The notes under the pieces: model-generated
Told to the model about the DNA's origin: nothing
What the model saw: the letters and a program-made list of their open reading frames with translations, nothing else
Databases searched by the model: none
Part shown: in pieces, positions 1 through 7,708 of the stretch
Layout: each line of letters begins with the position of its first letter
How positions within the stretch are numbered: position 1 is the stretch's first letter
Made by a program: the position numbers and the translations under genes
IMG/VR virus record: IMGVR_UViG_3300034171_000104
Coordinates: 1-32,150 of that record
Direction: 5' to 3' (one strand)
DNA: 32,150 bases
Source: a virus
Lineage: Duplodnaviria > Caudoviricetes

Positions 1-281
1 TCTAAGTCATTGATTCTAAACGTGGCGAAATGCTCAAAATGACAGAAAAAGGCCGCTCTGAAAAGGGCGGTTTTCCTTTACAATCAACCGCGTAGGTGTA
101 TAGTGCCGCCTGCATGGGGTGCAAGTGTTCTAAGGCTGGTGCAAATTTGGGGGAATGAGATCCCCCATGATTCCCTAAGCACGCCATAGCATCATGTGGA
201 ATAGTGCGATTCTAGGGGCTTGCGGCGTATCTAAGGCCCATAGAATAAGGGGTGCAAACGGATTCGAAATCCGTCCCGTCG

Positions 282-473
282 CTACCTTTGCCTGCTATCG
301 ATCTGGGCTTCGATTGCCCCACGCTCAACGATCTCTTCCCGCTGAACCGTGACGTGCTTCGGCGCATCAACGCCCAGCTTGCAGCGTTGGGCGCCGTCGC
401 CTTTGAGGATTGTGATGGTGATGTCGTCGCCTACCTTGATGGCTTCGCCGATTTCGCGTGTGAGTATGAGCAT
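282..473 (-). CDS. csrA: CsrA/RsmA-family translational regulator
   Basis: MLILTR-x-GE...GDDI..T..L...LGVDAPK.V.V.REEI follows the CsrA consensus along its length; AAGGAA SD upstream. Confidence 0.93.
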   Translation of the reverse strand: MLILTREIGEAIKVGDDITITILKGDGAQRCKLGVDAPKHVTVQREEIVERGAIEAQIDSRQR

Positions 474-541
474 GAGAATTCCTTTTCAAAAATCATGATG
501 GTGCCCGGCTGATCTGCCGGCGTCTGCGAACCTTTTCACAT

Positions 542-566
542 AACCGCCTTCTGGCGGTTTTTTTAT
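542..566 (+). terminator. Intrinsic terminator upstream of the endolysin
   Basis: AACCGCC-TTCT-GGCGGTT stem-loop followed by a T run. Confidence 0.75.
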
Positions 567-589
567 GCCTGCGATTCAGGAGCAAGCCA

Positions 590-1126
590 ATGCAAGCGAG
601 AACACTGTTTATAAGCGCCGGGCATTCCGATGCTGACCCTGGTGCTGTGGGTAATGGTTATACCGAGGCCCGGATAGTGCTGGAGTTTAGAGACCTGCTC
701 GCTGAGGCTTTACGCGCCCGGGGTGTCGAGTTCCGGAAGGACGGGGAGCGCGGGCAGAACCTGCCGCTTTCCAAGGCCTGGCGGCTGGCGGCGGAGCACG
801 ATATTGCCCTGGAGTTTCATTGCAACGCCTTTCACTTGCCGACGGCTACGGGGGTGGAGACGCTAAGTTGGTCGGGCCAGATGGAGATTGGCCTGCGCCT
901 CTGTAAGGCCGTCAGCGAGACCCTGGACATTCCCAACCGCGGGGCGAAGGGTGAAGCCAGCGGGCAGCACAGCCGATTGGCGTTTGTGAGCCGGGGCGGT
1001 GGCATCATCGTGGAGCTTTTCTTTATCAGCAACCCGAGTGATGTGGCAGTGTACCAGCGCTGGAAGCTGCAGCTTGCGGAGGTCCTGGCCGAACTGTTGG
1101 CAGAGGAGGTGATGCGTGCTGACTAA
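590..1126 (+). CDS. Endolysin, N-acetylmuramoyl-L-alanine amidase (Amidase_3)
   Basis: Zn-amidase motifs ISAGH..DPGA, E, EFHCNA, G.ETL, IIVELFFISN; CAGGAG SD; adjacent spanins. Confidence 0.92.
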   Translation: MQARTLFISAGHSDADPGAVGNGYTEARIVLEFRDLLAEALRARGVEFRKDGERGQNLPLSKAWRLAAEHDIALEFHCNAFHLPTATGVETLSWSGQMEIGLRLCKAVSETLDIPNRGAKGEASGQHSRLAFVSRGGGIIVELFFISNPSDVAVYQRWKLQLAEVLAELLAEEVMRAD

Positions 1127-1583
1127 ATACAAGCTGTTGATGCAGGTGGGCGGGGTGTTGGCTGTGCTCGGGCTGTTGGCCGGCATCGCCTGGTGGATCA
1201 TCAGCCCGCGCATTGAGCTGGAAACGCAGCGGGCCGATCGAGCGGAGAAAGACCTGGCCAAGGAACAGGAGCTGACGGCCATGCAGGCGCTGGTGCTGGA
1301 AGGGCAGCAGCACGAGATCGACCGCGCTGCAGATATAGACCGTGGCATCAAGCTGCTCGAGCAGACCATCAAACAACAGGCCAGCCGGCAGGATCGCGCC
1401 ATTGAGGAGTTAAAACGAAATGATCAAACCATCATGGATTATCTGGCTGAGCCTGTGCCTGCTGACCTCGGCATGCTCTACTCCCGCCCAGACACCACCG
1501 ACCCTGCCGCCTACCGAGCAGCGCAGCCAGTGCAACCTGGTGCCGTGCCTGCTGCCGGGGAGACCGCCGCTGGTGGTGAATGA
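1116..1583 (+). CDS. i-spanin (Rz-like)
   Basis: N-terminal TM helix, then coiled coil and Pro-rich tail; directly after the endolysin. Confidence 0.82.
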   Translation: MLTKYKLLMQVGGVLAVLGLLAGIAWWIISPRIELETQRADRAEKDLAKEQELTAMQALVLEGQQHEIDRAADIDRGIKLLEQTIKQQASRQDRAIEELKRNDQTIMDYLAEPVPADLGMLYSRPDTTDPAAYRAAQPVQPGAVPAAGETAAGGE

Positions 1584-1692
1584 GGATTGGCGCAGGGCGT
1601 TGGATGAGGTGGAGGGCGCTTTGGAGTTCTGCGCTCTGCAGGTGATGGGGTGTGTTGAGAGAAAGAGCCAGCCCAGTGCAGCCAGCCCTTAG
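1420..1692 (+). CDS. o-spanin (Rz1-like lipoprotein)
   Basis: Signal peptide ending LLTSA-C (lipobox), Pro/Cys-rich; overlaps the i-spanin 3' end in another frame; GAGGAG SD. Confidence 0.82.
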   Translation: MIKPSWIIWLSLCLLTSACSTPAQTPPTLPPTEQRSQCNLVPCLLPGRPPLVVNEDWRRALDEVEGALEFCALQVMGCVERKSQPSAASP

Positions 1693-1708
1693 TCAAAACT
1701 GCAAACCG

Positions 1709-2059
1709 TTATTTGTCTGGCTGATTGTTTCTCTTGTCTGCATTAAGTAGGTGCTTTGAAAATAGACTTAGTAGCCCATTAATGAAGACCAGTGCGCCCA
1801 AGTATAAGATGATTCTGCCCGGAGGCTTGAGCGCACTTATGGCTTCACGTGCAAGAAAAAAAGCTTCTTCGGTCGTTGGTTTAAGGCTCATTAGAATCAC
1901 TAGCAAAGTGGATTGCCAGCAGATGAATAAAAGCACGGCCGCCGTCCCAATATAAAAAACCCACTTATTTACCACTTCCATGTAAAGGTGCGGTCTATTC
2001 CATGCAGCTCCAGCTAAGGCTAAAGCGATCGCGGCAAATATTTTGAGTTCGTCCTGCAT
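1709..2059 (-). CDS. AT-rich small membrane protein (moron)
   Basis: About 3 hydrophobic segments; visibly lower GC than flanks; AAGGA SD; downstream of int. Confidence 0.7.
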   Translation of the reverse strand: MQDELKIFAAIALALAGAAWNRPHLYMEVVNKWVFYIGTAAVLLFICWQSTLLVILMSLKPTTEEAFFLAREAISALKPPGRIILYLGALVFINGLLSLFSKHLLNADKRNNQPDK

Positions 2060-2077
2060 GCTGGATTCCTTTCTCTA

Positions 2078-3388
2078 TTATGATTGCTTTATCAGAAGGG
2101 TATTAAGTGCTTTATCATAAGCTTCAATCGCTCGCCACTTATCCGGCAGCGCTGCGTCCGGGTTGTTAGCATAGTGCTTGTTCGCTACGCCGGTCTGCCC
2201 GTGGTCCTGCAATAGATCCCGCAGGTGTGGTTCGATGCCGGCGCGTTGCATCACTTGCTTTATGGTGCGGCGCAGATCTCGGGGAGTGAACGCCTGTACG
2301 CGCTTGCCGGCTTCCTTGTCGATGTAAGAGGCCTTATCATCAATGAACCGAACGATGGCATTGCGGGGTGTGCTGATCACCATTGGCGCTTCACCCGTAT
2401 ATGACCATGGCCACTGGTGCTGACCGGTCAGCGTGTGTACCTCCTCGAGGATCGCGATCGCCCGATCGGTGAGCGGGGTCATGTTCACTCTGGCTTTGCC
2501 TCGGCCTTTCAGGCTGGGCGTACTGAACACCTTCCCTTCGATGTCATACGCTGACCATGGTGCCTGCATCATCCGGTATGGCCGCTGGCCTCCGGTGGCG
2601 ATCATGAACTGCACCAGCAGTGTGACCAGCTTGCCTACCTTCTTTGCGTTCCCCAGGTTGTGCCAGAAGTGGCGCAGCTCTTCATCTGTTAGCGCTCGAT
2701 CGTGAGCGTTCTCGCCTTCCTTCTGCCGACGCAATGCTGCCACCGGATTATGTGTGAGCCCAAATGACTTGCGGCTCTTCCTGGCAACGTCATATTCCGC
2801 CTGCAGTCCCATTTGGAATGCCGCGTGTAAGTACGTGCGAGCCCGGTTGTACTGGGTCTTTGCGCCGCGCTCCCAGAACGGGGAAAGCAGGGTCATGCAA
2901 TGGCTTGGTTCGATATCGCGGGCTTTTATGGCCACTACTTCGGGGTGCTTCTCAACAAAATCCTTGGTGATAATGCGCTCGATCTCTCTGGCCGACACCA
3001 CGTCATTGACGTACAGCTCGGCCGTGTAGTCCTCGAGGAGATCCTGCAGAGACCCGCGCCTGGATTCCACTGCGGCTTGTTCCTGTGCTTTGGCTGCGGA
3101 CGCGCTCAGTTCAGCGGCGAGCTGCAGCAGGTGGGCTTTGAGATTAGGGCTCACTTGGCGCAGGCCGGCCAGATCGGAAGCCTTGGCCCGGCATTCAGCC
3201 AGCGTCATCACGCCGTAGGTGCCGATCTTGATTGCTTCGGCCTTGCCCTCGAAGTGATACTGGTAATAAGCCTCGGTTGCGCCCGAGTCCCGCCGCCGGA
3301 AGATCAGGGCGCCATCACCCCGGCCGCCAACTCGCTCCGACACTTTTCCCTTTAGCGTTTTAACTTCCCGATCCGTCAGCCTGGCCAT
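2078..3388 (-). CDS. int: Tyrosine recombinase/integrase (P4-like, with arm-binding N-domain)
   Basis: N-terminal LTDREVK...IGTY..MTLAECR arm domain; catalytic GGQR, PRDLRRT, DHG, HY; adjacent to attP. Confidence 0.95.
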   Translation of the reverse strand: MARLTDREVKTLKGKVSERVGGRGDGALIFRRRDSGATEAYYQYHFEGKAEAIKIGTYGVMTLAECRAKASDLAGLRQVSPNLKAHLLQLAAELSASAAKAQEQAAVESRRGSLQDLLEDYTAELYVNDVVSAREIERIITKDFVEKHPEVVAIKARDIEPSHCMTLLSPFWERGAKTQYNRARTYLHAAFQMGLQAEYDVARKSRKSFGLTHNPVAALRRQKEGENAHDRALTDEELRHFWHNLGNAKKVGKLVTLLVQFMIATGGQRPYRMMQAPWSAYDIEGKVFSTPSLKGRGKARVNMTPLTDRAIAILEEVHTLTGQHQWPWSYTGEAPMVISTPRNAIVRFIDDKASYIDKEAGKRVQAFTPRDLRRTIKQVMQRAGIEPHLRDLLQDHGQTGVANKHYANNPDAALPDKWRAIEAYDKALNTLLIKQS

Positions 3389-3389
3389 A

Positions 3390-3413
3390 TTGGTCCCTGT
3401 TTTGGTCCCTGTT
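3390..3413 (+). repeat. Integrase arm-type sites (left arm)
   Basis: Tandem TTGGTCCCTGTT x2 abutting the int start. Confidence 0.8.
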
Positions 3414-3540
3414 TCTACTCGGCTGGCATCATAACTGGCTGTACAGCTTCGGACAATCTCGGGTTGTTAAGTGGCTGTTTTGCATAGACTATGGGGTTTT
3501 TAAGCGGACAGGGCTGGTTGTGGAAATACGCGACGAGCAA

Positions 3541-3588
3541 CGCCTCCTAAGCGGTAGGTCCCGGGTTCGAATCCCGGCTCGCGCACCA
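3541..3588 (+). mobile_element. attP: attP core: 3' half of tRNA-Arg(CCT)
   Basis: CTCCTAA anticodon loop, GCGGT, variable loop, CCGGG-TTCGAAT-CCCGG T-arm, ending CACCA; no D-arm or 5' acceptor strand upstream. Confidence 0.9.
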
Positions 3589-3593
3589 TACAA

Positions 3594-3635
3594 AACAAAG
3601 GCTTGCGAGGGTTTAACCCGGCAAGCCTTTTGTGT
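3594..3635 (+). terminator. Terminator-like hairpin following the tRNA fragment
   Basis: AAAGGCTTGC...GCAAGCCTTT inverted repeat followed by T-rich tail. Confidence 0.65.
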
Positions 3636-3642
3636 TTATGGG

Positions 3643-3706
3643 ATATGGTCCGTGTTTTGGTCCCTGTTTCGTTCACGCTGCTTTTTGATCCTCAGTTTGG
3701 TCCTGT
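3643..3706 (+). repeat. Integrase arm-type sites (right arm)
   Basis: TGGTCCGTGTT, TTGGTCCCTGTT and degenerate TTTGGTCCTGT, matching the left-arm repeats. Confidence 0.75.
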
Positions 3707-3930
3707 ATCGCTGGCTTGTATGTGCCAGTGGTCACCTGGCGCACTTGGCCAAGGGGCCAGCGTGGGGAGCTCGGGCCTATGTATACCGCCGGCGGGTACC
3801 GTCGCTTCTTGATACCTTCGTACCAGGTTGACCGCGACACTCGGACCAGGGCCAGTACCTCGTCTACCGAGATAACCGAGCTATCGGGCAGCTGGTCGAG
3901 GTAACGATAATCTGTTTTGTCCGCTCTCAT
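3673..3930 (-). CDS. xis: AlpA-family excisionase / recombination directionality factor
   Basis: EVLALVRVSRSTWYEGIK..RYPPAV.IG....RW wHTH motif; next to attP; ATGA-coupled start at 3930. Confidence 0.85.
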   Translation of the reverse strand: MRADKTDYRYLDQLPDSSVISVDEVLALVRVSRSTWYEGIKKRRYPPAVYIGPSSPRWPLGQVRQVTTGTYKPAIQDQTEDQKAA

Positions 3931-4118
3931 GAAACTCTCCGATACATTTTTTGCCTGATCTGTGAGCATTTCTGTTGCTTACGGTGTTTGCGGGTGCTGC
4001 GGATCTGGCCGCAGATTTCGCAAATATTGCTCAGCTCAACCGAAAGCCCGCCGGCGAAGAGGTCGACGCGGATCTTGTCGGCGTAGTTGAGTTGGTATTG
4101 GGTGTTTAGGGCGCTCAT
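3927..4118 (-). CDS. Small chimeric ORF: C5-methyltransferase-like N-terminus joined to a CxxC peptide
   Basis: IRVDLFAGG (motif I-like) followed by CEICG...H...C; overlaps both neighbours by 4 nt. Confidence 0.55.
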   Translation of the reverse strand: MSALNTQYQLNYADKIRVDLFAGGLSVELSNICEICGQIRSTRKHRKQQKCSQIRQKMYRRVS

Positions 4119-4720
4119 AGTTGGATCCTTCTGAACTCGACCACCCATACCCACGGGTTGGCGTCCCAGCTCCCGGTGCCGTTGATTGATTCCCACAGGC
4201 CTGCGAAGCCGTGTAGCTCGCATTTTTTCAGCGTGTGGCGGGTGGGAGACGTCTCCAGAAACTGGCAGCAGATTTCGGCGTTAACGCCCTCGGCGATGGC
4301 TTGGTCGGGCGTGATGGCATGCAGATGTTCGACGTGCACGGCAGTGACTTCAAGCAGGATCCGGCTGGCCCATCGGGGCATGAAGATGCTGGGGCGAAGC
4401 TTCCCGCTACGAAAACCATCTGCCATGTAGCGAATGGTGCCTGCGTAGCAACTGTCCATGTCAGACGGCTTGATCTTGTCGAAGATAGACAGAGTGCTCC
4501 AAGTTTCGCGAACCCATAGCCGGTCGCCCGGCTGGCCATAGGGGCAAAGCCGGAAGTCGCGCTTTCGGTTCACCTCCCCAGCAATTTCACATGGCGCCAG
4601 TTGGACGCCCGCGTCGAGGCACTTTGCAGGCTTCACAACTCGACGCGTCACCGTCTTCCGGGTTTCCAGAATGGCCCGCACCATAGGTGCGCTGAATAAG
4701 ATGGGGCGTTCTTTGCTCAT
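4115..4720 (-). CDS. ASCH/PUA-like phage protein
   Basis: ERPILFSAPMVRAIL..RKT.TRR, CPYGQPGDRLWVRETW, PSIFMPRWASRI, WDANPWVWVVEF. Confidence 0.8.
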   Translation of the reverse strand: MSKERPILFSAPMVRAILETRKTVTRRVVKPAKCLDAGVQLAPCEIAGEVNRKRDFRLCPYGQPGDRLWVRETWSTLSIFDKIKPSDMDSCYAGTIRYMADGFRSGKLRPSIFMPRWASRILLEVTAVHVEHLHAITPDQAIAEGVNAEICCQFLETSPTRHTLKKCELHGFAGLWESINGTGSWDANPWVWVVEFRRIQL

Positions 4721-5277
4721 AGCTTCGCTCCCAGCAGTACGTCCTGCAACACTTCCCATAGCTGCTGCTCTGACCATTGGAAGCGGTCAAAGTCGGCGTC
4801 TGGTTCGACGCCGGCGAGGCAGAGTGAGTGGGCACCTTTTTCTCCCTCACCGAGCTTTCGCATGACGGTGGCTACCTTGCCATTACCGCCGGGCTGGGTG
4901 TGGTGATGGTGGTAGGCCCAGATGAAGTACTCTTGGCCCGCACCCACTTCCTTGCGCCTCAATTCGGCCACTCTTACTTTGCCGTCAGGCACCCAGGGGC
5001 GCCCGCCATTGGCAGAGCGGGGACCTTCGTGGATGTAGCTAATATGGGAGCCGGCTTCGTCTGGCGTGACCTGGCAGTCGGTGTTGATTTGCGTGCCTAC
5101 CAGCACTTTTGAGACAAAGCTGAACCGGTGGTTGTGAATGGCTGAGTCTTCAAAGCATCTGCGACGGGGCAGCTCGGGGTGCCATACGTGCAGGCGCTGG
5201 TCTGCCTCTAGTTGCACTTGGATGAACCCGAGGCCGTGCAGGGTGATGCGGTTGATCATTTTGTCGGGGGTGATCAT
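4717..5277 (-). CDS. Hypothetical protein with a cupin-like His-rich motif
   Basis: RLHVWHP...IHNHRFSFVS.VL.G and a later His cluster; coupled in the operon. Confidence 0.6.
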   Translation of the reverse strand: MITPDKMINRITLHGLGFIQVQLEADQRLHVWHPELPRRRCFEDSAIHNHRFSFVSKVLVGTQINTDCQVTPDEAGSHISYIHEGPRSANGGRPWVPDGKVRVAELRRKEVGAGQEYFIWAYHHHHTQPGGNGKVATVMRKLGEGEKGAHSLCLAGVEPDADFDRFQWSEQQLWEVLQDVLLGAKL

Positions 5278-6113
5278 TGGGTTTTCTCCGACCGCTTAAT
5301 CATTGTCTGAGCAAGGGCGCCGCCAATACCGTTTTCAACAGGGGTGGAGTCGCAGGCTGCCGGCGTGCTCGCCGCTGCAAACGCTGACATTTCCTTGTAG
5401 ATTGTTTTGCAAAGACTCCAGGGCACGGTGTGTTTGGCGACGTGATCTTCATGCAGCTCGCCATCCTCGTCGTAATACGGTGCTTCCTCTTCCCAGGAAA
5501 ACTCACCCATGAATTGCGCTTTCATTTCGGTGGTGATCTGCGGGACCTCCGGGCTGTATGAGGTGGGCGTGGCGACGGGTTCAAGTGCGGCCAGTTGCTT
5601 TTTCAGCCAGGCTACTTGGGCGTTGGCGTCTTGCTTGGCGCTGCGTTCCTGGGCGATCAGGGAATCAATCAGCAGTTGGGCCGCGCCTGTGGGTACCGGG
5701 ATGAAGTCGAACTGGTCGGTGCTGGCTGAGTAAATATGGTTGCCTACCCTTGGGTATTGGCCAGGTGCATAGGGTGCTGGTAGCTCTGTATTCCAGACGT
5801 ATACAACGTCACCTTGCCGGGTGGGGTCTTTGAAGCCGTCGCCAGAGTGGCGGGCTACGCCTTTGAGTATGCCGGGGGTGGGCAGCTCGGGGTGTAGAGT
5901 TCTTGCGCCTGGCCAAGGGCGTGGTTCGTCTACCATGCGGCCAAAGAACATAAGGCCGAGGAATGTGAGGCCGCTTATGGTGACTACGGCATCGAAGGTT
6001 TCGCCTGGCTTTATATCGGCCATGCGGCAAACGGCCTCCCACTCTTGGCCATTCCAGCTGAGCGCGGTTTCTTCGGTGATGATGCGAGGTATTAGCAGAT
6101 CAAGTAGGTTCAT
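5274..6113 (-). CDS. Hypothetical phage protein
   Basis: 279-aa ORF with ATGA overlaps on both sides and GGGAGG SD. Confidence 0.7.
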   Translation of the reverse strand: MNLLDLLIPRIITEETALSWNGQEWEAVCRMADIKPGETFDAVVTISGLTFLGLMFFGRMVDEPRPWPGARTLHPELPTPGILKGVARHSGDGFKDPTRQGDVVYVWNTELPAPYAPGQYPRVGNHIYSASTDQFDFIPVPTGAAQLLIDSLIAQERSAKQDANAQVAWLKKQLAALEPVATPTSYSPEVPQITTEMKAQFMGEFSWEEEAPYYDEDGELHEDHVAKHTVPWSLCKTIYKEMSAFAAASTPAACDSTPVENGIGGALAQTMIKRSEKTQ

Positions 6114-6832
6114 GCTGCCTCCCGGCCAATCAACTGATCGAAACGTTTGAGGAACAGGTTTTCCGCTTGGTCAGCATCCAGCGGCATGAGTGGGCCCATC
6201 AGTGGGTAGGGCTTTATGCCTTGCAGGATTGGCCATTCTTCTTCTGCGGCCAGGGGCATGAGGTCCTGCTTTTCGGTGGCCAGCATGATGAGGTCGGCTT
6301 TCTTGACCTCGGGGTGGTGCTGGGCGGGTAGGTTGAAGCGCTGCATGATCGCGTTGTTCAACAGTGCTTCAAGCTGGCGGTAGTCGTGGCAGAGCTGTTT
6401 GGCGGGGCTGGCCAGATCACTGAGGTAGGCTTCTGATGCGTCGTGCAGCAGGGCTTGCAGGGCATGTTCTGGCGGCACTATGGTGCTGACCCACCAGCTA
6501 TGCTGGGCGACGGTATAGCCAATTGTGGTCTGGCCGTTGAAGCGGTTGACCTTGGCCAGCCCGGCGGCGATGTCTTTGATGCTGATCGCGTCGGGATCTG
6601 GTGCGGCGAACACTATGCGTTTGCCGCTGATGGTGCGTGACCATGCGCCCAGATCGCCCTGGAGTTCCGGGGCGGCGTTGTGCATGGCATTCCATAGGGT
6701 GAGACAGACCGCTGCGGCGTTGTTCTGGTCGTAGTGGTGAGCCTGGGCGCATTCCTGCAGCGCCTTGGCGCCTGCCAGCAGCATGCCCTGGGTGACCAGG
6801 TTGCTGGTGGACTTGTAGGGGATGGCTGACAT
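6110..6832 (-). CDS. HD-domain phosphohydrolase (YfdR/YfbR-like)
   Basis: RFNGQT...YTVAQHS, ALLHDASEAYLSD, VKKAD; start at MSAIPY after AAGGA SD. Confidence 0.87.
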   Translation of the reverse strand: MSAIPYKSTSNLVTQGMLLAGAKALQECAQAHHYDQNNAAAVCLTLWNAMHNAAPELQGDLGAWSRTISGKRIVFAAPDPDAISIKDIAAGLAKVNRFNGQTTIGYTVAQHSWWVSTIVPPEHALQALLHDASEAYLSDLASPAKQLCHDYRQLEALLNNAIMQRFNLPAQHHPEVKKADLIMLATEKQDLMPLAAEEEWPILQGIKPYPLMGPLMPLDADQAENLFLKRFDQLIGREAA

Positions 6833-6834
6833 GG

Positions 6835-7041
6835 TCAAATTTCCTTGTCGCATTCGGCGCGCAGCAGCAGTCTGTCGATCTGCTTCTGCTGGGCCTGCAG
6901 GTTCTGGACGGTGTTGCGGGCGCGGTGTGATTCCGTGGGGCCGAGCTTGGGCATGGCCCGTTGCAGCAGGCGAATGTTGCCTTCGTGGGCGGCGTGATCG
7001 GCCTGGAGTTCGCGCAGTTCGGTGAGGAATGACTTGGTCAT
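6835..7041 (-). CDS. Hypothetical coiled-coil protein
   Basis: Fills the operon gap; GGAGG SD; ATGA overlap. Confidence 0.65.
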   Translation of the reverse strand: MTKSFLTELRELQADHAAHEGNIRLLQRAMPKLGPTESHRARNTVQNLQAQQKQIDRLLLRAECDKEI

Positions 7042-7640
7042 GCGGCTGCCTCCAGTGATTCATTCTTGCCTTGGTCGGTCTCCAGCGCGGTGCGCAGCTT
7101 TGCCGCTAGGGACTCGCCGGAAAACGCCAGCCTGTTGGCTTCTTTGGAGGGCTTGAATTGCTGTATGGCGTGGAATGCGGGGGCGGCTGCGCGCAGCTTT
7201 TCGGCCATGTGCTGGATGGTTTCTGCATCGCGTATGGTGATTTGCACAGGCATGACTGGTGCGGCGCTCAGGGCCTGCTTCAAGGATTTGATGCGCTGTT
7301 CCTGCTCGGCGTTGTCGCGCTTGAGCTGGTTCATAAGGGGGTAGGCCTCAGCGTTGCGCGCGTTCTCTTCCCGCAGTGGTTTGAACTCTGCTTCAAAGCG
7401 GACCCACTGCTGTTCCATCGCCTCTGCGGCTTGGTGCCGTTCGATCTCGCTTTCGCTGATTTTCTTCGCGAGCTGCTGGTGGAGGTCCAGGATCAAAAAA
7501 TCGGTTCCGTTCCTGCCGTCACGCTTGCCTTCGCAGTAGGCCTGGCGAACGCTGAAGGCTGCGATGGCGATCAATGCAATTACCAGGACCACTAATAGGC
7601 TGATCGCGACCTGGGCGCTGTTCATATCTGACAGATTCAT
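7038..7640 (-). CDS. Membrane-anchored coiled-coil protein
   Basis: N-terminal TM helix and heptad-rich body; CAGGAG SD. Confidence 0.7.
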   Translation of the reverse strand: MNLSDMNSAQVAISLLVVLVIALIAIAAFSVRQAYCEGKRDGRNGTDFLILDLHQQLAKKISESEIERHQAAEAMEQQWVRFEAEFKPLREENARNAEAYPLMNQLKRDNAEQEQRIKSLKQALSAAPVMPVQITIRDAETIQHMAEKLRAAAPAFHAIQQFKPSKEANRLAFSGESLAAKLRTALETDQGKNESLEAAA

Positions 7641-7692
7641 GGTTGTGTCTCCTGTCCCGGCGCCGGATACGTGGTGGGTGGACGGCGCCGGG
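7638..7692 (-). promoter_or_regulatory. Bipartite RNA element, copy L2
   Basis: Perfect 10-bp stem 7656-7665/7683-7692; CCACCCACCAC in the loop (7671-7681); GACACAACCATG at 7638-7649. Confidence 0.65.
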
Positions 7693-7708
7693 TGGTTGGG
7701 TGGCTGGT

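Noticed and set aside
230-310. Full tRNA on either strand around the 258-274 stem-loop
   Set aside because: No D-arm, T-arm or acceptor stem in the flanks.
2-512. ORFs 2-187 (-) and 252-512 (+)
   Set aside because: No recognisable motifs; one lies in a repeat/hairpin-rich region and the other is antisense to csrA.
3500-3588. Complete tRNA-Arg gene
   Set aside because: Only the anticodon loop to CCA is present; the 5' anticodon strand mispairs and there is no D-arm or 5' acceptor strand. Treated as attP.
6833-7063. Long N-terminal extension of the HD gene; similar extensions on primase, Gp37/68, cII and YfdP-like ORFs
   Set aside because: They overlap upstream genes; internal starts have SD sequences and coupling overlaps.
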